Assembly (NCBI GenBank): GCA_030141605.1
Contig: JAQGDQ010000149.1
Span: 62,001 to 126,000, forward strand
Direction: 5' to 3'
Origin: Tubiluchus corallicola
Lineage: Eukaryota; Animalia; Priapulida
DNA length: 64,000 nt
Part shown: in pieces, positions 51,901 to 62,300 of the stretch
How the letters are laid out: every line of letters begins with the position of its first letter
Numbering within the stretch: position 1 is the first letter of the stretch
The notes under the pieces: generated by a model
Databases searched by the model: none
What the model was told of the DNA's origin: nothing
What the model saw: only the letters and a program-made list of their open reading frames with translations
Program-made: the position numbers and the translations under genes

Positions 51901-54900
51901 TACATGGACTTATAGAAGTCAAACTTTGCTTAAATAGTTGTTTCTTTCTTGTAAAGTATTTTTGAAATTGAAAATTGCATTGTGTGCCATTTAGCTGTTT
52001 CAGTTCTTTTTTCCATGTAAAATAATTTTTATACATTTTCTTTGAGTAATAACAATTAACAGAGAAGTTGCACTGGCAAACCTGAAACATTTTGTTAAAG
52101 TAATAAGGTAATAACTTAGCAGAGAAATTTGACTGGCAAAGGGTGTACTTTCAAAATGTGATGCTGGAGATGTATCACTGGCAAAGTGACTGGAGAACAG
52201 TACCTCTTACAAAGTGTGCTCTGTTGAAATGTGCTGCTGGCGAACTATACTACTAGTAAAGTGACCACTAGAGAACTGTACTACAGTAGGCGCCGTAGAC
52301 TCACTTTGGGACCGAAGTGTTTTGACCCAATTAACCGCTGGATCTATTAACTGATTGGTGTAGTATTACTGGTATAGATGTATGTGTCACTAACAACTAT
52401 GCATTGCAAAGTTTTTAGTGAATTTTAGAGACGAAGTAATACCTAAATTCCTTTGTGCAGTTAAAAATTAGAAAAAATATTTTACATTATTAATTTATAT
52501 AAGTGATTTAGCAATCAATTAAAAAGTGTACTTTTCTAAACCACGCAAGTCTGTTTATTTGCAAATATAGTGGAAATATGTCCAAGGTTGGCTGATTGAT
52601 TTTTTGTGACATGTTGGCTCAGAAAGTTCTCATAATGATAAAAACGTTTAACTGTTGTTGTACGATACACAAATATGTGCTTGAACTGTTGCTGGTGACT
52701 GCGTTTCCCCGCTTGAGGCTTCGTCTGTAAGCTCCCGCTTACTATCGTGACATACTTATGTACTGTTGCATCCCTGGCATAACAGCAACGGCAAACTGAT
52801 TAAACTTTCTGGAAAAAGCAAACCATTAGGCAAGTGATTAAGAACGCTTCCGCGAGAAGACCATGCAAAATCGAAAAATTCTGGCACAAGGTTAGGTAAA
52901 CCGATTCAGACCAAAGTTCGGGTATGAGGTCCACTAGTCCCTAGTATTCACTATGTGAATCCGCTTGGTCCAACTCCTCGTAGTAGCAGAGGTACGGCAT
53001 AGGCCGATTTTCATGAAAAAATGCCTATTTTTCTCTATTTTTTCACTCATATTTGAAGGATTAACCATGCAGCAACCACTGAGTTTGAATAGATCTGACT
53101 TTGCACAGTATTGGGTCTTGTTATCTTCTCCAAAATGACTTTTCGACTTTTGTCCCAAACCCCCCTCTTTCAGCTTTACTGGGGGTCTTTAAGCTCGCAT
53201 TACGCACAAGATGCAAATACTCCGTCATTTCAAAGTCTTATATCTCACCCACTGCGGGGGCGGGAACAAAAATATCGATATGTATGTGAATAGAGTATCC
53301 CATCCCACTATGTTGCAGTGACAATTTCAATGGAGCGAATTTCCACCCTATTGTAAATGACCCTTGAAAGAGGCATATATCAGGGTGAAAATATAGGTAA
53401 CAACGTTCATCAAAAAGTTTCGTGTAGGTAACGTGAGTTGTCAAATCTTGTCAAAATACTTCAAAACGTCATAAATGTTCATCTTTGGCAACTAGGGGCC
53501 TGGACAGCACATTGGTTAAACTACCGACAGGACTGGACTCTAGCATTCAAGATGGCAGCCACTGCTGAACTAAAATGTTCGTTTTCTGGGCTGTTTACTA
53601 GCGTTAAATGCGGTATTCTGACTAGTTATCCGCACGAAACGAATATTGTGACTCTATTAGCCTGTACTACAGACACTGGACCGCATTTAGAGCGCTTCCT
53701 TCAAAAAAATGAAATATCTACGGAATGGAAATTGCTTCTTGCAAGGACTGGAAAATGTTTTATGTACTGTTTATTTTCTATGCTTTGTAAATGTTATGTA
53801 CAGGTTATTACCTAGTTATTACTCATTGTCTTACATAGGCGTACAAGCCAGGACACAAAGAAAATTGCCCTAAATCTGAGCAAATGCCCAAAAAGTATGG
53901 GACAGGCTTCCCCCAAAATATCATTTGTCCGGTGATTTTTTGACTGTAAAACATCGAAAATTTTTGTGCCATTGGTGCAATCATTCAGTCACACTATTAA
54001 TATTTTTTGTCAGAAGTATCGATTTTGTGCCACAAATAAACTTTGGGCGAAGAAAATTTTCTGAGCTAAATATCACCGCCATCCCCCCTAGAAGCGGCCC
54101 ATACGCTTATATTGTCTCATGTTTAGACTGTAAGATTTTCGCTTTATCACTTTCCCCATGATATATTTGTCTATATTTCTGTATCTATCTTCTAGGGATA
54201 ATCTACCTGCATCGATAATTCTTTCTCTATTATTTAGATATTATGGTTTTGATTACTTGTACTACTCTTCAGTGCTAGGATTATGCTGCTACAATAGGAA
54301 CACAGTATTTTGGACTTAGAGAAATTAATTCTGACTTGAGTTTTGTAGTTTTTCATTTTTGTACTGATATTCATAATCTTCTATGTATAGCCATGAAGCT
54401 TATTCATATAAAAAGTATAAAAAATGAACAGATGTATAAAAATGAACGGATTTCTATTTTATATGTATATACCAAGTGTTTGTCAGATTCTTTCGCTAGC
54501 AATGACTTTCAATCTTAACAATCGCTACTTCTTTTCTATTAGAGCGCTTATTGTTTAGTCTTTCCTGGTATCCACTAGCGATTCAGTGTAGAGAATGCCT
54601 TGAATCAAGGTCGGACTCAGTACCTGGGGCATGATGTCCTGTCCAGAAATCCATCAGAAGAGGCAATTATTCATATTTGTAGTCATATGAAAATTCTGAC
54701 ATAACTAAACCAATTTAAGATGAAATTCGCAAATTTCTAGCAATTTCCATGGCAAAGGAATCTATTGCTACTAGGAAATGAGAGCACTAGTCACAGAAAA
54801 TGCAGGTTAAACGTGGCTAAATGTCTACTGTCATATACGACCTGAGCCAAGTATGTCTACTTTTTACACATGGACGGAATTACTATGGAAAGTAAAAAAG

Positions 54901-57457
54901 TGTGTTGATAAGGCAGTTTTTTCTAATAGTGCCCCCTCTATATAATGTCATTCGTGATATTATCTCAGCTCGTGCGTTTTCATGAAATTTAGAATACAGA
55001 TTTGTCACTTATAATGCAGCATATAGATAGAAAAAATATTGAAAAACTACAAAAAAGGGGAATTTTGCTGATTTTTGTGAAATTTTAAAGTGCCAGTACT
55101 AAATACTGAAACAGGCTCCAGCAAATTTTCTTTTTTATATTATTAGTGAGGATGATGGTTAACACATACATGAAAATCAGAAGTTCTGTAGCCCCACAGT
55201 GGGCGAGTTATGAGCCTTACAACTTAACCTCTCCATGGACTCTTAACAAAGAACCGAATTTGAAAAATCTCGTTCTCTGATACTATTAATAGTATGTCAG
55301 AAAAAGTTAGGATATCAGAAGACAATGTCTGGGTCTATGTACCAGCCAACTTACATCGACCCATCTATAATAGTTTATACAGGAGAAAAAGTTAAAATAA
55401 CCCCCCAAAATAGCGATTTTTTGCCTCTTTTGAGGTCAATTTCTTGATGTGGTCATTTCTCTGCCAATAGTAGCTCGATCAATTTGATATCTTGGTTACA
55501 TGGTTTTGGGGGGTCGCCCTTCATGTTAGAAAAAAATGATATAAATTTGTCACCCCTCATGTGCCACCCCCTGCATGATGCTCTCGCGGACTCGTTCTTA
55601 AATGTTTAGCTTCCAGGAATTCTTGGGTTACGAGGTTAATTGCAGTGGACGGACGGGCAAAGCAAACCATTAGGCTAGCATATTATATGACAAACGTTCC
55701 TGCTTACACGCAAAATGGTACTTAACATGATATGTATATTATAGGACAAAAGTGAACCAATATGATATAAAAGTCATAAAAGCTTATTAGTCACACGAAA
55801 GTGTCTTATTGAAGCATGTGAAGCAAAAATATTGAGTCAGTTATGCAGAGTTATTTGAGTCAATTATCGACAGTTTTTATGTACATTTGAATAGAAGCGG
55901 CCCGTTCCTGGCATTTTTGAGTCAATTAACCGACTGAGTCTATTAAGCGGCACCTACTGTATTGGCAAATTGTACCACAGCAAACCATACCACTAGCAAA
56001 GTGTACCTCCGGCAAACTGTACCACTGGCAAACTGTACACCACTGCAAAGTAACATACAATCTGTAGTTTTTTTAAATATTTTGCACAGTCTGTGACTAA
56101 TCAGTTTTTTTTGCTGTTGCTTTACTTCTTAAAATTGTAGTGTGCCTCTTCTTTCTGCAGTTACACCAGTTGTTCTGCGGCAGTAGTATGGAGGCATGGG
56201 ATGTCAAGACTTTAATGGAGTGTTGCCGGCCAGACCACGGGTATAATCATGACAGCAAGGCAATCAAATATTTATTTGAAATACTCAGCGAATACACACC
56301 AGATGAACAGAGACAGTTCCTGCAGTTCGTGACTGGTTCACCAAGGTTACCTGTTGGAGGTCGGTTAACACGTGTACATTGAAACTATACTTCTTTATTT
56401 ATTATTGGCCTACTAGTACTATATTATTATTATTAACTTGAAACTAGAGTGCTCTTTAAAATTTAAAAAAATTAATTTATTTTTTTACATCAAATTCTGA
56501 TTTTGTTTGAATGTGTTGAATTTATATTTGCATAACACTTTTATTTTTAAACTTGAATAGAAAAAAATTTGCTAAAGTGACTATAGCTTAGGCATGTTTA
56601 TGTTTCTTAAACATAAATCTATGGGGTTCATGTTATATGTACATGTTATACCAGTATGATGAATTTGATGGCATTTTTGCAATCACAATTTTTGTCATTT
56701 GTTGACCAAACATTATGCAATATACTTTGCTATCTATTTATATATTAGTTTTTTAAGACTTTGTCAAGCAGAGAAATCTTGCAGTTAGTCTGTGCTTGCT
56801 TTGATTTGCTCCTGGTTAATTTTGGTTTTTTGAATGGAGAAATGATGAGAGTTGAGATTAGTGCCAGTGTGTGGCAGGGATATGATTGCTACCACAATTA
56901 GTCATTACACTGATAGTGTAATGATAGCTCTGTAAATTTATATGAATAGTGCCGGGCTGAAGTCGAAGTTGTGCATTCTATGAGTGCAGCCAAATTGCCA
57001 AAGTACCTCAAAATCTCTGCTAGCTTTTATAGCAAAAATGATAATTGGCCCATGCATGGGAATGTAGAAGTCATTTAGGCAAGATCCATTTTCTAACATG
57101 CACTCTTCTCAGGGCTTGTCCATGTTAAAGGTTATATGTAATAGTTGCAGAAAATTATGGCTAAAGCAGTAGTAGCTTTAATAGCTGATAGCTCAAAAAT
57201 TGGTAATGATTAAGTTTCTGCTGTGCAGCCTTCCGATGAAACTGTAATTATCCGTTTTAGGTTTCAGAGCTCTCACTCCACAGTTGACAATCGTACGGAA
57301 AGCCGTGGACCCACCTGACTCGCCTGATGACTACCTGCCATCTGTGATGACGTGTGTGAACTACTTGAAGCTTCCTGATTACACCACTGTGGAAATAATG
57401 CGTGAAAAACTGCAACTTGCCGCTGTGGAAGGACAACAATCATTTCATTTGTCATAA
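21944..57457 (+). CDS. TRIP12: E3 ubiquitin-protein ligase TRIP12 (basic IDR - ARM repeats - WWE - HECT), ~2114 aa, 37 coding exons
   Basis: Exons: 21944-22029, 25602-26672, 26810-26988, 28810-28896, 31627-31722, 32648-32835, 33379-33474, 33855-33947, 34377-34538, 35031-35192, 37047-37158, 37507-37571, 37827-38033, 38475-38628, 38828-38949, 39184-39409, 39824-40010, 40131-40297, 40544-40650, 40870-40948, 42101-42207, 42356-42535, 42671-42859, 43230-43424, 43573-43772, 43929-44098, 46882-47033, 48387-48529, 48686-48839, 49282-49380, 49668-49782, 49886-50040, 50421-50585, 51297-51461, 51662-51775, 56161-56359, 57261-57457. All phases join and the total is 6345 nt. Diagnostic peptides: [105 protein letters not shown]. 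Confidence 0.97.
22330..24345 (+). mobile_element. Old L2/CR1-group LINE ORF2 remnant in the first TRIP12 coding intron
   Basis: Broken frames in the correct order: [52 protein letters not shown] (degenerate YADD), [13 protein letters not shown]. Confidence 0.75.
27036..27065. repeat. (TA)n microsatellite
   Basis: Direct reading; it is followed by GC-richer, transposon-like sequence. Confidence 0.9.
27847..28315. repeat. (CAT)n stretch followed by a degenerate (GTGTG/GTG)n G/T-rich satellite
   Basis: 27847-27895 is (CAT)n/(CAC)n; 27897-28315 is almost only G and T on the plus strand. Confidence 0.93.
29017..29703. mobile_element. hAT-like MITE (old)
   Basis: Ends TAGTGATG.../...CGTCACTA, with many subterminal (A)CCGAA(C)/GTTCG motifs. 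The 8-bp flanks match only partly (CATCTAAG vs GGTCTAGG). Confidence 0.55.
29741..31302. mobile_element. Non-autonomous hAT element
   Basis: Perfect 8-bp TSD TAGCTCAC (29733-29740 and 31303-31310). Right TIR is AGCTTCGTCCCACACCTA; left TIR TGGGACGAAGCT lacks 6 nt. TTCGA/ATTCG subterminal repeats at both ends. Confidence 0.85.
30032..30625. mobile_element. hAT MITE nested in the 29741-31302 element
   Basis: Perfect 14-bp TIR CAGTGGCGGCTCGT / ACGAGCCGCCACTG. 8-bp TSD CACCTGAC / CACCCGAC with one transition. Confidence 0.9.
33475..33854 (+). other. GC-AG intron of TRIP12
   Basis: AAG|GCAAGT donor is required to join ...PCFLEK to [12 protein letters not shown] in phase 0. Confidence 0.9.
37960..38600 (+). 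other. WWE domain of TRIP12 (two exons)
   Basis: [23 protein letters not shown]|[42 protein letters not shown]. Confidence 0.9.
44141..46545. mobile_element. Probable decayed Kolobok-like DNA transposon
   Basis: Left end TTAA|AGGGGGAATATCATG; only a partial inverted match (CATGATAT) near 46538-46545. A minus-strand remnant near 44610-44730 reads QNE...[23 protein letters not shown]. Confidence 0.4.
52842..55597. mobile_element. TTAA-targeting DNA transposon derivative (Sola3/Kolobok-type, superfamily uncertain), 2.76 kb
   Basis: TTAA TSD at 52838-52841 and 55598-55601. Imperfect ~26-bp TIR GAACGCTTCCGCGAGAAGACCATGCA / GAACGAGTCCGCGAGAGCATCATGCA. Internal Cys-containing ORF remnant at 53552-53752. 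Confidence 0.8.
53834..54111. mobile_element. 278-bp hAT-like MITE nested in the TTAA element
   Basis: TIR CATAGGCGTA / TACGCTTATA; 8-bp TSD TTGTCTTA / TTGTCTCA. Confidence 0.72.
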
Positions 57458-59331
57458 TTTTAGTTTATCGTGGATCAACATAAAAAAGGTGTTGCCAAGA
57501 GTATTTTTAGTCATAGCGAGTTGTTTTGACACCTAATGCCACAGTTACTATACACTATGAGGTGTGAAGATTACGTTTTTTGACCGAGTTTGAATTGCAA
57601 ACAAATATTTTACTTAGAACGTCAGGAAAGTGTTTGGAAAACATGTTGTGAATTTTGTTGTATCATTTAGTTGAGCAGTTATATTTTTGTTGTTGAAATC
57701 AGAATAGTTGCATCAATCTTAATAATTGTAAATTTGCTGAATGCAATTTCTTTTGAGATCACAAATGTGATCTGTGCAGCAAAAGATTTATTTTGTTTTG
57801 TTGTAGCCGATGATCATTGTGATGATTGTTGTTAAACACCTATAGCTACAACTGCAATGAGGTTTGTACAATTTTTGTAAAGAAGCATGAGAAACATTGG
57901 AAACTCTTCTAATATTTGGCATATTTTATATGTGCATTTAATGATGAGGCAGTCACTGGAGTCACTAGTTTAACCAAACTTAGTCATTAGACTTAAAGGA
58001 ACTGAATTCATATTCTGACATGAATTACAGATTCAACTCCTTATTGCTGTCTCTGTAATGTATTAAAGAGATGCCTCTGTGGTAAGCATTACAGAAGAAA
58101 GTTGTTTTGTGATGTAATACTAGCTATTGAGGAAGCAAGCAATGTACTGCACTGTAAATAATGCCCATCTTGTATGTTCAGCACGTTAATATCCAATTAC
58201 AATCTACTACTATTATCGTAAGCCATTATAAAAATGTTTAAACACTGTGTGGCCTGTATGGCAGTTGTATATCAACAATTTTATTGGGTCCAAGAACCAG
58301 AGTATAATAGTTGTTGTTATTTGATTATTTAAGTCAATTTGTTGCAATAAGTTTGTGGATGGTCTGAATAACAGCGACTGTGCCAGAAATCGTAGAATAA
58401 GTTTTGTGTGTTGCCGTTAGAATTTAGAAAATTTGATTCCCGGGAAAAGTGATTACTTCGTAGGTGTCATTTCTATTACTGATGTCTTATATTTTATGTA
58501 AGTTACCGTCTGCAGCCCTGCAGCGTGGGTCAGATTTTTGAGTGCTGTATGCATTCATTGAGATATAATAATGCCAATCAGTATGCAGAATTTTTATAAC
58601 CAGAAATTATTTTGCAAAAATTGTAGTTTTATGCCGGTAAGTATATGATGCTTATAAGACTTAATGAGTATAATTAAGTTAATTAGACATTTAGTTATTA
58701 ATTTGTGTAATTATGTTAATTGTTTCAATTAGCAATTATTGTGAGTTGCATGTATTAACTACGGTCGCCTTGCTTTGTGTTTAATAATATTCAATATACA
58801 TTTGTTCACCCTATTATAGCATTTTCAGTTATTGAATAACAAATGCTTTCACACTAAACGTTTTTCTGTAGTTATTTCTTTTGTTAAAAGTTTTAGGCAT
58901 TGTGTGCGAATGTAGTAATACGTTCGTGTTACATTGCTGGGCAGCATACAAAAAAAAGTTTGAATAATCACTGAGAAAGGTACATGCTCCAGTTTGACAC
59001 ATCACGTTTATTATAAAATGGGTAACCATTCATTTTTTATAAAACTCAAGCTGTAGAACATTCAACAATGTAGTGTGTTCAAAATAAGCCAAACTTTATA
59101 CAGTGAGTTTAGAGTTTGAAAGTTATCACCTCATGAAGAAAAACTGTTGAGAACCTTGGTGGTAAAACTGCCAGTCAAGTCAATGTCATTTTCCCTTCAC
59201 ATATGGCACATGGCATTTGGTCAAGAGTAGGAACACATCTCAACACAAAAGCACAGTTTATAATGACACACAACAATTTCATAGTCCTCTTGTTTGCTGT
59301 GGTTACTTTTAAGGAAGTGCTTGCACATGGG

Positions 59332-62300
59332 CTACCGAACGAAAACATCAGTATTACGAAAACTAGAGTTATCCCTAAAACAAAAAATAAGGCATAGAAA
59401 GAAACATATAAACAATTTTCCAATTTTCTTGATGTATAATAAAAAATGTTTTACATTATCAGTATGTTACTATCACTAACAAACAAGTAAAAACAAAATT
59501 ACCAAGAGACGATTACTTACTTGAGACTGTCATTGTGTGTTTTATATTCCATGATTGTATTTGGAGGAAGGTTAAGAACCCGTTTTAATGTGTCCCTGAT
59601 TCGGGATGTCGTAGCTTGATCACTTGAAGTCTTGTTCCACACAGAAATGATGTCTTCCTATGCAAAATACATGAAATATATATAAGCGGTAGATACCTCG
59701 CAAACACATTCTTACAATATCTGAATGGTTACAGTGTGTGCTTAGTGACTGAAGTTGAGCAATGCCTGAACTGGTCAGTAAGTGGATTTTTTTATTCCCA
59801 GGAAGCTTCTGGGCAGTCTTGTAGAGTAGTAAATTGTTATGAATTCATTATTACACTCAGTAATGCACAAACACACATTGCTATAATTCTGTTTTAATTC
59901 TTTAAGCTACCTATTTAATGATGATTATAAAGAGAAATCGATATCTATAATAGACAGCATATGTGCAGCTGTAACACAGAGAATAACTGGGATGCAGTAA
60001 CAGTAGTTATGCTTTATACACACCTTAGTGAAAATTTCCAAATTGCAACTTCTAAAACCAACCTTTAACCCTTTCACTACGGAAGGCGGCACACTGCAGC
60101 CTATGTTTTCCTTGTAAGTGACGGAAGGCGGCAGACTGCTGCCCGAGCTCAGCACTAAGTGCAGTTACCCAGGCCAGGTGTGTTTATTTCATGCTACGGC
60201 CATGCAAAAACATTGTAGAAAAGTTTAACAGCTGTGGGTTGTTTCGCAACAAGTAATGCTAACCAGCCAATCAGCATCTGAAGCCATGTGCATTCCATAA
60301 TACTGTATTGCATAGTATGTTCTCATGCAAAATCGCTTGTTGATAGTTGGAGAAACGTGTTCAGTCATTTGTTCAGCATCTTTATAAAATCATTGCGTAT
60401 TATGGATTAGTAATATGACTTTCGTGGAAATTGGCTTCTAAATATAAGTATGTGCTTATATGTGTGGGTGTGCGCATGTGTGCATGCATGAGTGTGTGCA
60501 CATGTGTACATGCATGAGCGTGCGCGTGTATAAATAAAACTAATATGCAATATTAGTGTTAAATAACAGACGACTATTTGTTTATTTACAAGATTCTGTT
60601 TTAGCAACACACCACAAGAAGTTACTGTCAAATGTGAAAAAGCCAATACGGCCCTGTTAAAAAGCAACTACGTAGCAAAAGGGTTAATGTCTTGTTTATT
60701 GCATAGCCCATTTGCTTTCTAATGATTTATAATAGTACACCCCAAAACCTACATGAAGCATGAATGTTTAAAAAATCAAGTAACTGGGTCAAAAATGTCG
60801 AATGGCAAGAACAGGGACCTCCCACAAAATCTCAGTAAACAAAAGTCTGAATATCTAACAATGCTCCCGTTCAAATGTGGTAATAAAACAAAATACAATA
60901 AGCAATACCTACGTTGTAACGTATTGACACAACTGCTCCACATATCTCTTCTCCTACCATAAACTGTTCACCAAGCATAGCTAAAATCAGATTTTCCCAT
61001 GCCCGTGCAGCCACACCCTTCCTTAGCCTAACAATCCATTTACCACCTTCTTTATTTGCTTCATCCTATTAAGAATATACACTGCTATAGGCTGCAAAGT
61101 GGAATGACGTAAAACTGGGAATATAAATGGAAAAACAATAACATGTACAATTAAATTATTTTTCAACAAATTCTGTTTATGATTGGGAACAATGAAATCT
61201 GTCACTAACAAAGTAAAAGCCCAGTCTTTTTTATGTATGTAAAAACCATCTATGGTATTTATGAAGAAGAGAAAATAATGAAATCAAATTCCAATGTTTT
61301 TATGTGTGATAATTACCTGATTAATTAACAAAGCATGATAATTTAAATATTCACTGTACTAATTATTAATTAACAAAGCATGATAATTTGAATATTCACT
61401 GTACTAATCGTACTATATCTGCATTCGGTAAACTTTGCCCGCATAGCGTGGAATGTCATTAAAATGGGAAACAGCAGAGTCGTGAGTACTCTTATAGACA
61501 GATGTTTTTAAAGAAGTACGAACGTAAACAAGAAGTCATTTATGCAAATATTTCCCCAAGCTGTATCTAGCTGTTCATACTCTGGCCCAAGCACATAAAT
61601 TTAAACCAATAAGAGAAATGTTAGTAAACTACTTTTGCGGACCAGAAAGGGGGGGGGGGGAAGTGGAATATACAAAAACAAACAATTTTTTTATCAAGAG
61701 GTGAACTATCCAAAAGTATTTGTTTATTAACGTTTGTGCAAATGAAAGTGAAAATTTTCTGTTTACAATATTTTTTTCAAAAAGTACAATCTCTGCTATT
61801 TTTAGAAAAAACTGCTTCATTGACTACAACTCATTAACTACTGACTGTTTCAGTAACACTATACAACAATGTACTTATGAAGTTATGACTGCATGGTGTA
61901 TAGTGTATTTTCTATGAATATGTGTGCCAAGCGGCATTGGCATTAAAAAGTATCCATTATAGGAAGTTAAGATTTCAAGCAAAATATGCAGAATTTTTGG
62001 AAGATTATGGTGGTGTAAATAATCCTGTTTAGTAAGAGGACCTACCCAAAAAATCAGGTGTTCTGTTGGGCCAGTTCACACTTTAAGGTAATAAACACAT
62101 AACAAAATTAAACATGTTCCTTGAATTTTTGTGAAAAAACAAGGACAAGGCTGGAGACGTTTACTTTAAAATGATTTTGCTTTGGTATAAAATAAAAATA
62201 TCACAGCATATACCTCCCACATAGGCTTGATACCATCCTTAAATAAGTGAATGTCACAGTGCCCACTGAGATCTGATGGCCTTGTCATGTGACTGTAATA

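Larger units (their letters stand above)
52284..55959. mobile_element. pogo/Tigger-like (Tc1/mariner) non-autonomous element, host of nested insertions
   Basis: TA TSD (52282-52283 and 55960-55961). TIR CAGTAGGCGCCG-----TAGACTCA vs reverse complement of right end CAGTAGGTGCCGCTTAATAGACTCA. Repeated subterminal CAATTAACCG motif. Confidence 0.85.
52070..56050. repeat. Degenerate ~16-bp minisatellite (CTGGCAAACTGTACCA), split into ~52070-52283 and ~55960-56050 by a transposon insertion
   Basis: Units are visible on both sides. Removing the insertion restores ...GAACTGTACTA|TTGGCAAATTGTACCA.... Confidence 0.7.
49282..57454 (+). other. HECT domain of TRIP12 (last eight exons), catalytic Cys in [12 protein letters not shown]
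   Basis: [58 protein letters not shown]-terminal FHLS. Confidence 0.93.
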
